Assembly: GCF_009914755.1 (NCBI RefSeq)
Contig: NC_060927.1
DNA: 64,000 bases
Direction: 5' to 3' (one strand)
Source: the human T2T-CHM13v2.0 reference genome, Homo sapiens
Shown: positions 1-15,052 of the stretch, piece after piece
Position numbering within the stretch: the stretch's first letter is position 1
How the letters are laid out: every line of letters begins with the position of its first letter
Translations under genes and position numbers: made by a program
Notes under the pieces: generated by a model
What the model was told of the DNA's origin: nothing
Databases searched by the model: none
What the model saw: only the letters and a program-made list of their open reading frames with translations

Positions 1-3000
1 ACAGTTGACCAATCTCTGTGCAATTATGAAGCTCTTCTTTTTCAAAACTTAATTCCTTAGGCTGATAGGAACATTCCTTTATTCAAGTAAAGGCTGAACA
101 TATGCTTTTCTACACTCTTCAAATCCTACCCTAAATTTGTCTTAATCCTTTGAGTCTACAGGAGGAGTGGCGTTCATGTTCCTGTATATTAACTGGGTTG
201 TGAAAGAAAAACCAACCAAACTCTTATCTGTGGTTAATACATTGCAACAACCTTGCTCAGGTTAGATCCTTCAGCAGGCCCTTTAAACCAACACAGCTGC
301 TCACCATTAGTTACCCTTTCTCATTTGGCTGTTTGCCTGAACCACCTCATCAATGAGGTATGAGCTACCACACCTGGCATGTTTATGTTTGAACCTAGTC
401 ATGTGAGGAACATTACAAACATATATTTTTTTAAATGAAGAAACTGCAGGTACATATATTTAGAATCTGCTTATAAATATGCATGCACCTATATACACAT
501 GATAAACATATGTTTTTAAGAAACACATGTAACCAGGGAGTCTCTCCAATTGAAAAGTTCACCAAAAACATTCTAATTATTTTGTTTTTCTAAAGGCTAT
601 TCTGTATTTTAAAATTGTTTATTCCTTTTCTCAAATGATTTACTTTGGCATACATTATTGACTTACACACATAATGAAACAAAAACCTACTAGCAAAAAT
701 TACTAGTAAAAAGAGGATAAAGTTTCAGGGAGATTGTTATTAACTTTTAATAAAAAGTTATGCCCTGTGATATAAGTTCATGGGCAATTATTTCTCATAC
801 TTTTCTAAAACAAATATACGTCTATATATCTATATATACTTGCCAATTTGAAATAAACTGGACAAAAGATTAAAATTGACATCTTATAAATATTTTTAAA
901 GTTTGCAGTCTTCTCAACAAGAAAACAAATTAGACATTACTGATAAACTGAAACATGATTGAAAAGCAAAAAGTATTGTAATTATTCAAGACATTTTCTC
1001 CTCCTCTGGCTTGTTAGAGTCCTGGTGGTTTCATTATATGACACTTTTCAGCACTTTTAGCTGGTTTGTGGCGCAACCCCCCCAAAGAAATATGAAGAGT
1101 AATTTTCAAAAGGAACTTTTATTTTTAATATGGATTGATTTTTTTAAAGGCAGCTCCAAGCAGCCCAGTATATCAAACAGGAACCATCACACCAATCCCA
1201 ACACATCAAGGGGCAGTTTTAACACGTGAGGTTTGTTGTTTCTAGCAGGTATCCATGTAGCGAGAGAGGTCACCACTCAGCGAGGTGCTTTCTTTCTGGT
1301 GTATAAGAAAAGAAATCACCAGGAATAAGGGGGGAAATGGGCTTGGGAAACAGGAGGGGACCTTGTCAATCTCCAAGATGCTAGAAAATGATCGTGGAAG
1401 GCTTTTGTTAGGGAATCCTATAATGGTATTGCTGCTCATCTCTTGTGGACACGAACAGCAACTAGCCTAAGATGGAAAGGGCGATAGAGGATTAGACAAA
1501 TCGTGAAAAGGCACTGGAAAGGACATTACTGGTGTTTGGAATCATAAAGGCCAAAATTGTATCATTATTTACTCTCAACAGCAGTGTCCTTATAAACACA
1601 AGTGCTTGGGAGGAAAAAACTGAAGGTATACATAAAATGTTAATTAGAAGTGTATGTGTATAAATTATTTTACAAATGAGGAAAGAAAAAGCTCTTATAG
1701 GACTATTCTTATATATTCTTAAGGACCATAGGCAGCTTCTTTTAATGTTAAGAATGTATGCTACTTTTAAGAGAAGGATGTTAAGCTTGTTCCCAATCCC
1801 TTTTATTTTAAACATATGTATCCCTGAGAAGGTTAGCATTGTGCTGGAAATAATTTTGATGCATATAACAAAGCTATAAAAAAGAACAACAGGAAGAGAT
1901 AGATAAATTTGTGAGGTTTCAAAATAGCTGGTAGGCTTGTAAGATCACATAGCAGGGTTCCTGGCATTACCCACTAGGGAGAATAACAGAATATTCCCGA
2001 ATCTTGGATTTCAGGAAACTACATTGTAAAGCACTAGTTTTTGAACACACAAGTCAGTCTCAGCACATATCTGTCAATCACCCCACTGACACAATTGAAA
2101 AGGAGAATATTCTATCAGTATTTTTATAGAAGATAGAATCCAAGTTGTGTTATTTAATAAAGGTAAGTGTATTTTGAGTAAGATCAAACAATATTTCATC
2201 AACTAACTAAATCCCTTTTTCCTGAGTATTTTCTCTAAAATGATTGTTTGGGGGAAATTTAAAATTCATTATTTACCAGTAATTTGGATAGGTTCTTTTT
2301 TTCATTCAAGTAATAATAGTAAATACAAAAACAGCAATAGTTACAATAATAATCAAGAGTGTTTGTCTAATAATGTAGAGTCACCTTTGATGTGCCAGGC
2401 ACTTGCTCAAGCCAAGGGGTGTGGAGATAAATCAGTCCCTGCCCTTATAGATTCCAGACTAATAAGGGAGATAAACACGGACTTAAATGATTATGATACA
2501 ATCAGATAAGTTATCACAGAGTTATCTGTAAAGATCATGATGACCTGGAATTCCGTACATGCAGGAATTGCTATTAAGTGCTTTTGAATGAAGAGAGTAG
2601 CCATCTGCCCGGCCAACCTACATGTGCATTATTCTGTCATTCTCCTCCTCTCTTGGTTGGACTCAACTTATAGCCTATTTGACCTGTGGCACTGGCCAGA
2701 CCATTGGCCAATTTCCTAGATTTAATTCATGCTAGCCATTAATATCCTGTTGCATCAAAATACAGTATCGGGCAGGGGAAAAGCACAGTACCAGAATTAT
2801 TTCTCCCGAGAAGAGGCAAACCAAAGTTTCCCTAATAGCAATTAAATGTTTCAGAAAGCACAATAACTCTTTTCCATATGTTGGGATATAGGGCAATCTT
2901 ATTAGACAATTAGAAGAGACCTGGACTTAGATAAGGAAACTAATTCATTGTGAGTCTATAGGCAAGACATTTTATGAAAATCTGCCCAAGATTTAGATCA

Positions 3001-6000
3001 CTCCTGTACTTAACTGGGTTTACAAGGCCCTTTCTTTCTATGCATTTATTTTGCATTTAGGGTAAGAAACCACCAGGTGGACTCCTGAGCCTTTTTTAGA
3101 GCCTCATGGTTCAAACAGCTAGGCTTCCTGCAGGTATAGTTCACAAAGAAATATAGTTTTTTTTTTTCCCCCACGAAAACAACTTTTATTAAAACAGTGA
3201 AGTGCAAATATTAAATATATAAGGACTCTTTTTCTAGAAAGAATACAGAACATAGAGCAAGACTTGGAGGAGTAAAAACAGCATGGATTTTTAGAGCTGG
3301 AAAATCTCTTTTCTAATTCAAACTCTGAAATGATGGCCCAGAGTAGCTCAGTGACTTTACCAAGGCTACACTGCCAGTCCAGGGAAGAGCTGAGAGCAGA
3401 CTCCTAATCTACAAGCTTCCTGTTAGTCTTCTACTGAACACGTTCCTCACGTACCTCCTGTTAATGACTCTTTACAACCCACCAAGGCTTCTTTTCACAC
3501 TCGAGTTAAGATAGGATGTTTCCTTAAATTCACCTTGAATCTCTTCACCTAAGCCTGTACACAACTTTGGGACTTTTCAGGACATTCAAAGCCCCTGTGT
3601 AAGGCCCCACATAATAACTCCTCACAAGACAGCTCTTATCTTCCTGCTTATAACTCCTTAAGAACTGCCAGCATTGCCTGCATACCCCCTGCTCCTAGTC
3701 CTTGTTTTACATATAGTGGCAAAGTCAAAAAAGAAAAAAAGAGAGATATGTATAATTGTTTATACAGTTGTAATTGTCTCAAGCAAATGGAGAGGATTTA
3801 TTTCTTTTCCACCTGGACTAATTCTTCCCAAACTTCTCCATATTCTGACTTTTTGATACTTTCAAATATAAATATATTGCTATGTTTACTCTTTAAGCAT
3901 TTGTTCCTTGAAGAGACGTTTTCAAGCACCTATTAGGTGCCAAGCAGGGTTACTGGGTACTGGAACAGCAGCAAAGCCACACTGTGCCTGCCCTGATGGT
4001 GCTAACACTTTAAAGGGGAGAGGGACCAGGGAATGAGCAGCATGCAAATACATTTGTATGTTTAGATTGTACAGTGAGTGTAAAGGAAAACAATGAGGGA
4101 AGTGAGAATGAATGCTGTGGATATCCACTTTAAGTTGAAGAAGTGGCAAAAAAATTACAGCTTCTTTCCTGTGATTTTATAATCTGTCTTTGTGACAAAA
4201 TCTGTACTTTTCTAGTGGGATGTTACTTGTTTTCTCAGAATAAAACTTTCAGAAAAAGAGACATAAGATCATTTCTCCATATCGCCTTAACTTCCTCGTC
4301 TATAAAATAGGTAATCATAATGCTCCTCAGCCTACCGACCTCATATAGGTACTTTGTGAATAAAATAAGTCCATAAATGTGAGGTTGCCTCCAATATGTC
4401 ACGTATTATTTAGAACAACTAATAGAATTTATACTGAAGTACAGTTTTTTAAAAAAAGAATAACAGCAATACATTTGGAAACATCTTGACAAACAAATAA
4501 ACATTATGTCTCACCACAGGTTTTGACGGCAATTAAAGATGCCCACTTTCTAAAAATGTAACAAAACTTAGGATTCCCAAGTGAGCCAGCAAATATGCCC
4601 CTTTTAGCTTCTGTGCCAGTATTATAGACTCTGCCTTTAATTTTGTTTAACTGTAATAAAAGCTTATCATGCAGCCAAATCCCCACAGCAATGGACTCAA
4701 ACGTTCTGCATGTGGAAGCCTGCTACCTTTCAGCTTCCCCGTTAAACACCTGTTCTGGGCTTGGGCCATGCTTCTGGTTTCTCATTCAGGTGGAGAGTCT
4801 TGCTTAAGGGGACAGGCAGGTATTTTTGCTGTCACCAAAGACAGCTAATTTGGGAAGCCTAATCTCGCAAAGGGGCCAAGTTTCAGCTCTCAGAGTGTTA
4901 GGTTTAGAGTAGAAGGAACTCCGCCCAGAAATGCAACCTGAATACTTCCCCCTCTGCCTCTCTCCTGTCATTGCTGAGAATCCTCTAAATAACTGACAAC
5001 TTTTACAGATTTCAGGCAGCCAGGTCTGCATGGGAAGCTCCCATTCTTTCCTGTCACCGGTCTAATTTAATACTTTCCTCCTCAGATGGATATAGCACTC
5101 TTGACAAGCAGTTGCCTTGTGGTTTACTTCTGCTAATTCAAACACAACAATAGGATGATAAATTAGTTACAGGGATTGAAGGAAGGAAGAATTTTACAGG
5201 TGTGAATTCTTAGCCATGTCTGATCCAAATATTTCCAGAGGAATCATATGCTAGGCAAATACCATCTCCCCACTTTCCAGGCCTTTGCATCTCTTAATAG
5301 AAAAAGATGTCTTTTACAGGCGACAATTTTGCAATTTTGTTTAACCATAAGGATGAATCTTTGCCTGTCCTCCTTTCCAAAGCACTACTATGGAATAAAA
5401 AACAAGTTTCATTCAATAGTTCATCGGATAATAAGGATTGGTGATGCCAGTCACTGATTTCATTTCCAAACTGTGACTTAAAATATACAGCAGTGCTAGC
5501 AGCTGTTGATCATCTTAATGCTGGTGAGAAACAAAAGCAGTTACTCTCTGTCCCAGACCATTTTGATTTTAGAATGGAGAATTCTGTGCATAAAGTATTA
5601 GCTTGAAGGATTTTGTCATTAAAGTTTTGGAGAAAGAGCAAGTAATGTCTCAAGCACCTGCCTACTCAATCATAATCACTATTTCACAAGTAGGGAAATT
5701 AATTCTCAAAAAGCTGTGCATGATTTTTATAGTCCCAAAAAAAAATCTGATGGCAGATTAACCTTGAGAACAATTACAATTGGGAACATTGTTGGACTCT
5801 GGATATTCATTTATTTATTGAGCATCTACTATATTCCAGGAAGTCTGGATCATCTGTGAACAAAACAAAGATTCCTGTCTTTATAGAGCCTACATTCTTG
5901 TGGTTTTCAAGAATAATGTCCATATATTTTTGGGTAACTATGTCTCTATTAACTGTTTCACTACATGTTTTTGTCCTACACTTCTGGAAGATAGAGCCAA

Positions 6001-6015
6001 CACACCTGAAATTAA

Positions 6016-6043
6016 ACACACATGCACACACACACACACACAC
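6016..6043 (+). repeat. (CA)n microsatellite
   Basis: Direct reading. Confidence 0.85.
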
Positions 6044-6928
6044 AGTGCACTAAGTACACATGAGCATGTTTATAAGAATTGGAGTAAAACTGGAGTGATG
6101 ATGGCCTCCTAAAATTAATCAAGAAAAGCCACTGGGTTTAGCAAGCCTCGATCCTCTGGTTTGTTTTTGTTTTTTGTTTGTTTGTTTGCTTGTTTTTTTA
6201 AGAAAGCAATAGCTATTAAAACAGGCAGGAAAGAGAAAAAAATCCCAGGTGGGGAATACAAGAGGAAGCGCACACAGATTGGAAAGAGAGCACAGGTCCA
6301 AGAAACAAAGGGAACTATTACAGATAAGGCCAGAGTTCAAAAACAACTTGTTGCAGAATTTTACCTTGCCCATTTTCTTTACAGAATAATTAACAGGAAC
6401 ATTAAATATAATATGTTAATATATTGACATATTATAGGATGGCTTTTCAAGAAAGAAGTGTGTTTTCCAAACACCAGCCATGGACAAAACCATAGGTTAA
6501 GGTCAACCTCTACAAGTCAACAGGCTTTTGTGTGATTAAAGAGTCATTTGGAAGAGTTAACAAATTTTCGGTGTCTTCTCAGGCAATTAGAATTTATATT
6601 TTGATTATTTACCTCAGTCATTTATTAAGTTGAAAAGATTTAATGTGCAATGCAAATGTTTAAGGTACATAATAAATTTGTTGTAAGGTCAATACAAGTG
6701 ATGTTTTCATAAAACATATTTGGCATAATGTCACCACCCTGCTAACCTGGGAGATGCTTAATAAATGGTGATCTGTAAAAGGTATCTCCAGAGTCCACTG
6801 GCCCTATCGATTATGATCAAGTAAGCAGGTGCTTGAGAAATTACCAGTTATTTTCAATGATTCCAAAAGGCCAATCCTTTTTAATACCAAAAAAAGCACC
6901 CCCCAACCCCCAAATGGCAACGACAGTC

Positions 6929-7010
6929 TTTTTTTTTTTTTTTTTTTTGGAGATGGGAGTCTCGCTCTGTCGCCCAGGCTGGAGTGCAGTGGCAAGATCT
7001 CGGCTCACTG
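6929..7010 (-). mobile_element. Severely 5'-truncated Alu (3' ~60 bp plus poly-A)
   Basis: T-run then GAGATGGGAGTCTCGCTCTGTCGCCCAGGCTGGAGTGCAGTGGCAAGATCTCGGCTCACTG; CAGTC on both flanks suggests a TSD. Confidence 0.85.
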
Positions 7011-8369
7011 GCAGTCATTCTTTTATCGTTACTATGCAGACAGTATGTGGTGCTTGTACCTATTTCAGAAGCCCACACTTCTGAGGTAGAGATGTGGAAG
7101 CATCAGCCACCCCCACCTTTCTGGTTATCACAACATGAGCACAACTATGTATCCAGCATAAGCCGTTCTGCTTTTATCTGCTAACTAGTAATGCTTGGTG
7201 TACTCAAAGTAAAGGCTCATTGGTATATAGAACTCGATTTTCTTATCCCCAATTATATAAATGTATATTGAATAAAATATAATTTTTTCTAACCCAGGTT
7301 TTGGCTTTAAAATAATGTTAAATAGGAGCCCAGATTGAGGGTTCATTCATTCTAAAAATACATGTGAAGGACATCGTGTCTTCTGTGCATTTGTATTTCC
7401 AATAGGTTTTACAAGGTTATCTAGGTTGTAGAAAGATTCAAATCTTTACAAAATCTTCAGAAAGGTTTCAATGCCATGTGACCAGACTATCAAATGATAT
7501 TTCAAGTTATTTCCTAGAAAGGCCAAGCAACCTATGGAATGTTTATTAATAATTTTTTTAAAGGCTGTGTATTTAACTCTATAGCTCTGCCTCACTCTCT
7601 AATGTGTTCCATTCTGCCAGTTCTCTTCATTGTGGCCCAAAGCACAGGGGAAGGCAAAGACTATGGTCTGGCTGTCAGGGCTCACTCTACTATTCACTAT
7701 TTACGTATATAATGTCAACTCTCTCCCTTTCTCACAATCTCTCTCTGTCATGAACTTCTCGAATGGCATCACAGTGAATCAAATCTGGAGCTCTTTCCAT
7801 CCCTGTTGCTAACAGCCTCAGTGTACATCTCACCATGGGTGGTGGAATGGAGAATGAGGATTTCCTCCTCCTACCACACCACCCCTGGCTCTGTGCCATC
7901 AAGGTGGGGGCAGATATCTACCTGCCAAAACCCCTCTCTCCAACACCTCCCTCACTAATTTAAAAATGGTAAGCCTAGTAGGAAAAATTAGAAGAAATAA
8001 ACAACAATAAAAGTGATGACTCATCAAAGCTTAACTCTCAGTGCAAGGTAATCTACATTGCATTGAATCCTCTAATGATTATTATGTTTTTACACTTAAC
8101 AGCTGTTGCAGATAAACAACTCTGTTCACATTATTAAGCACCCCCCAGCTTCAGCTTTCAAGATCATGCGGTTGCAAGAGGGCACATAAACAAGCCAGTT
8201 GGGCCATTTCTGTTGAGTAACTTTTGTTGTCTTCTCATTAGTATGCTTCTGTGACTTTGCCATTCCTGATCATGACAAAATTGTGTCAACTCACTGAAGA
8301 AAGAAGGACCATCAAGCAGTACTCCAAGCCACGTAAAGGGATTGTTCAAAACTTCTTTAAAATCAAGTG

Positions 8370-8648
<279 letters not shown>

Positions 8649-9362
8649 TTAACCAATCAGTTAATTAAGTAATCAATACTCTAAGTGAAGAAGAATAATA
8701 GAGCACCATCTCTTAAAGAAGGGAGCCACAGTGCTGTGTCACAGATTAGGTTTAGCTGAGTGTTTGGAAACCACTGCACTTAAGGGAAAGCTGTGAGTTT
8801 AAGACAATGCCTAGCTTATGTTAAGCTCAACCATGAACATGTTTTAATGATATTGTTTGGCCCAATCCCTTCTATGTTAGTGATATTATTTGCCCCAGTC
8901 TCTTTTATGTTGGTGAAGAAAACCCACTGTGACTAGGTAAGCACCCGTAGTGCCATTCAAATATCTTTATAGAAAGATCTAGAAATTACACTTAATTGCT
9001 CTCCCTTTCCTCTCGACCTGTTTAATTAAGTCTTAATTTTTAGTATGGCACCTCCCTGACTTTTTCTTTCTGCCCCAGGACATCCTTGAAAGAAGTAGCT
9101 ACATCTCAGAAGAGGCTCTTTGGCAAAGCATTAACCCAAGGACTGGCATTTCACTTTCTTTCTTTCTTTTTAAGTTCCTTAGGAATTGAGCTGTTCCTTG
9201 GTCCCCTGGAGTTTTCACCCGCTGCTGACTTCTGAGGAACCTCAGCCTGGGTCTGCAACCTGGAGAAGGAGCCCTCCTCCTGCAGCAAAGCTCAGGCCAT
9301 GGTGGGCAGAACATCATTGCACGATGGTGCAGTCTGGAGAAGGACCCTTGTTCTGCAACAAA

Positions 9363-9612
9363 ATGTTCTCACTCATAGGTGGGAATTGAACAATGAGAAC
9401 ACATGGACACAGGAAGGGGAACATCACACACCAGGGACTGTTGTGGGGTGGGGGGAGGGGGGAGGGATAGCATTAGGAGTTATACCTAATGCTAAATGAC
9501 GAGTTAATGGGTGCAGCACACCAACATGGCACATGTATACATATATAACAAACCTGCATATTGTGCACATGTACCCTAAAACTTAAAAGTATAATAATAA
9601 TTAAAAAAAAAA
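9363..9612 (+). mobile_element. L1PA 3' end (about L1PA4-5), 5'-truncated
   Basis: ATGTTCTCACTCATAGGTGGGAATTGAACAATGAG...GTACCCTAAAACTTAAAAGTATAAT plus A tail, near-identical to 42584-42810. Confidence 0.95.
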
Positions 9613-10599
9613 TCAGGCCAGCCTGTTGTGACTGCCACAGAGTTGATGCCACCAACAGACTGAGGAAAGAGTTGGCAGCCACAGCCTCACACAGAATTTC
9701 TACTCAGTCTACTAGAGACCCACAGCCCATGCGGGCAGGGAATGATGGTGGAAGTAAGGATACATCATCTTGTCCCCTCTAGAACTCTGGCTAGGATGTG
9801 CAGTTTAGTTTTGCCTTAACCGAGACTTTCTATTTCTGAGAAAAGGTGGGAGAAAACTACCAAAGATTTTTTGTATACTTTAGACTCTTACAAAACAATC
9901 ATTTTATGGTTAAGTGTAAATTAAATAATGAAACATGTGGGTTGAATTTTCCTTAAAATACACAAGGGTTTTAAAATTAAGTGGAAAATTCTCCTGCAAA
10001 ATGCATTTAGAATTTGTTTTTTTGCCATGGTAGAAATATTTGAAACAAGAGAAATATCTCAAAACATAGTTTAAAACTTTCAAGAAACTCAAAACGGGAC
10101 TTTATTCTGGCATCCTGGTATCAATAATTGTGCTACTACTCTTTAGACCATGATACTGAAGCCACATTCAAAAGAGTCTTGTTGTAATTCATTATGTAAT
10201 TTAATTATTCATGTATTAATTTAACAGATCTTTACCAGTCACTTACTATGGCTCAGGCACTGTCCTAACCTTTTTCTATCCAGGTCTATGAGGTGACATT
10301 GCATCCTCACAGTATTACGGTATTGGAATTAGCTCTCAAAAGGATGAGTCTAAAAGATGTGCATTAAATACTGGACTAAGTTCCAGAGGGATCGGGGTTG
10401 TGTTGTTTTGAGAGAGCTTTGGCAGATTTTGAGAAACCTTTGGCAGATTTTATAAGAATCTATCACTTTGATAAAGAAACCATTAGGTTAGAGGTAAGGA
10501 AATTGCTAACATGCGTTTTCTTGTTTCTTACCTGCAACTGCCCTTATGTGTCTGACAAGTGAAAAACAGATCACTTTCTATGGTCAACACAGAGCTGGA

Positions 10600-10968
10600 C
10601 CACTCAGAAACACTTTCAAGAAAGTGGTTGGTAGTCAGCTGCAGGCAGTGTGGTGAGCTGACATCTTCTGGCTGGAGGCTTCTTCAAGACTGGCCCAAGT
10701 GTTGGAGCTCAAGTCATGCTTTATTTCGGGGTTCCTTGGCCAATGGCTAAGGCAGTGACACGAAGCCAGTAAGACAAGTCGCAAGTAGGCCTCCTCTAAT
10801 ATGCAATCTTTGCTCCAGAGCTCCCTGTTGGGTTCGCAGGGCCTTTGTCCAGGCCTATGGCACAGTCTGATGCCTCCCTCAGCCCACGCCTGAGTCTCCC
10901 TTTCCTTTCCCAGGGTTGGCTGCCTGGAGTGCCCATCCTGCAGCACTTCCTGACAACAAAGGTTTTGC
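10600..10968. mobile_element. Probable ancient ERVL-class LTR fragment (LTR16-like)
   Basis: GC-richer block with CTTTGCTCCAGAGCTCCC...CTTCCTGACAACA resembling LTR16; recalled similarity only. Confidence 0.4.
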
Positions 10969-11870
10969 TGTCAAATATTTTTTGTTTCATTGTCAAAACA
11001 GATATTTAGGGTCTAAATTCTAATAAAACCGTTTTCACTAAAGAAAATTTCATCCCCTACTCTGTAAGCACTACATTTCTATCTTAGAAAGGAACAATAA
11101 ATATCTAGGCACCTGCTAGATGGACTGTTTTCTTTTGCATTTCTCTGACATAGAAATTTCAAGAGACGCATTCCAAAGATGTAACACTAAACTAACAATG
11201 ACCACATCGGCAACTCAACAGAGTATAAGAATCAAATAAACCTCTCTACTTATTCGCATACTATGATTCATAGGAAAGAAAAGGAAAGAGAAAAGAGGGG
11301 GAGAAGAAGGACAAAGAAATCGGGGAGGAGAGAAGGAAAGAGAGGGGCAGCACACTGGTGGCCAGGGACACAAGTAACTCATATTTTTCTTCTGAATTTA
11401 ACAGGAACTCGGGCTTATTATTTTCCTTTGCTTGTCATAATTTCTTAAAAGTGAAAAATCTGTACCCTTACTACAAAATGTAACAAAAGAGTAAACCTTT
11501 TGGCTTCTCTGGGAAAAGTATTCTATATGTCTTGTAAGACATTTTATTTAGCTATAAAACATGAAACCCAGCCTTTTAAAATTGTCTTTAATACCACCTC
11601 GAAGTCATGGAACATATACTGGTCACACTTATACAATTTTATGCTTGTTGTTTGAATTCTTCAGGTAGAGCAGAGTTGGTGAAGGACTGGCTGATAACAT
11701 TACCTGCTGTTCTTGCCTATCCACATGCAAATGCCAAAGACAATAAGTCACTGACATCCTCTTTCTTATTTGCTCTTTACTTTCCCTTACATCAATGATT
11801 CTTCTCAACCTCTGCGCACTAAAATCACATTCAAGGGATAGCAGGCATCATAAAACATATGGATGCCTGA

Positions 11871-13022
<1,152 letters not shown>

Positions 13023-13100
13023 AGGAAGGAGGGAAGGAAGGAAGGAAGGAAGGAAGGAAGGAAGGAAGGAAGGAAGGAAGGAAGGAAAGAAGGGAGGAAA
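13023..13100 (+). repeat. (GGAA)n microsatellite, 14 consecutive units at 13032-13087
   Basis: Counted directly; occupies the L1MB tail position. Confidence 0.95.
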
Positions 13101-13265
13101 GTGAGCAGTTCAAAATCATATATGGGTGCCTGGTTCCTGCCTGGATGATATAAGTAAAAATCTCTTAAAGCCTAAAATTCATTAATTTTAAAAGTTCTCT
13201 TGGTGGTTTTATTGTGCAGCAAGGGTTGAAGAGGGCCTTAGTTGTAGCTTTATTAAGATGACTAG

Positions 13266-13572
<307 letters not shown>

Positions 13573-14079
13573 CTAGATATTTGAAGTCTTAATACTTTAG
13601 ATTTTGAAGGTTACTTTTTTGGGTCATTTATTCAAAAAATTAACAGAGCATTTACAATGTGCATCACACTACCTGGTACTTTAGACAGATACTTACAAAG
13701 AAAGAAAGACAAAGAGAAAGATAATTATTATTGAGAGCTCTTATGAAGCACAAGAATTTTATTAAATAAAACTACTACTTACTACTATTTATATACTTTA
13801 TTAAATATTATCTCAATTACTCCAACAGCTACAGTTACTTTGGGAGCCATTGAGATAATATTTAATAAAGTATATCAATATCAGTAAAGTAGCTTTCTTT
13901 ACTGATCAGGAAAAGGAAGCTCAAAGAAGTTATATATAATTTTGCTTGGGCCCACCATCTGTTGAGGGACAAAGCAGAGATCACATTCAGTTCTCAAGTG
14001 TGTAACTAATAGCATCCTGAGGCTCCTGGCATGGAGGGAGGTACATATCTACCTGAGGAGTCAAAGTCCCTATGAACTG

Positions 14080-14310
14080 TGGATGAAAGCAGAAGCTTTG
14101 GAGCAAAACAGCCCTGGATAAAACCCCAGGTCTGCCACTTATTCATCTGCCATATGACAGGAGTCAGGCTAAATAACCCAGGTTTCCTCATCTGTTTGAT
14201 GGGATAATAATTCCTACCTATTTAATTGTTGTAAGGATTTAAATGAGATAATGTCTGTAAAGCACTTGGCATAGTGCATGCTCCATATAAGCACTCAATA
14301 AATGGCATCT
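14080..14310 (+). mobile_element. MIR
   Basis: Core GTTTCCTCATCTGT...GGGATAATAA...AAATGAGATAATG...CACTCAATAAATG. Confidence 0.8.
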
Positions 14311-14884
14311 CTTATTTTTCAATTTAATTTTTAATAATGCTGCTCCTGGTTCCTAGGGAAGGATGAACTGTGACCCCATAGCCATCCCTTTTCATAGTGA
14401 GCAGTAAGTGTCACAAAAACTGGACCCCTAACCATCCCACTTATTTTCTTCAGGACAGCCTAATACTATTGTTCTCTTCTATTGTTCTATCCAAATGATA
14501 ATTTCTAAGAGACTTAAAAAAATTTAAATAGCAGAATTTACTGGCACAAGTTGATCATAAATTCAACAGACATAGGAACTAAAGACATGCATCTATTTTA
14601 GGGATAAACAAGCTAATTCTAGCCTAATTTTGTTCATTCTTATAAGCACACTTTTTTTTTGTAATGTGAACAGATGAATTTTACTGCAGGACTCATTTTA
14701 TTTTCTTATTAAAGTTTTTTTTTTTTTTTGAGATGTGCTAAAGGACACATTCCAAGAAGCAAGAGTGTAATTATAGATTTAGCATCTCCTGTATGGCCTG
14801 ACAGAAGTCTGCCATCACTTAGGAAGCCATTACAGCATATACTTAATGTCAGCTTGATAGAAAAAAACACTTTCATAGGTTCTC

Positions 14885-15052
14885 TTTGATTGACACATTT
14901 GAAATGACATCAGTTTCCAGCTTTAAAACCTACTGTTATTAGGTCTCTGTTGCTATTTATGTTAGAAATACGTGCACGTGTGTCAAAACAATATATCAAC
15001 TTTGCTGATTGGCTGCATCTAGATTCTGTTGCCAGGGGTAACAGAACAATTG
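14885..15052. promoter_or_regulatory. Candidate enhancer/promoter motif cluster
   Basis: TGATTGACA, TGACATCA, TACGTGCACGTG, CTGATTGGCT, GTTGCCAGGGGTAAC and AACAAT within ~170 bp of non-repeat DNA. Confidence 0.5.
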
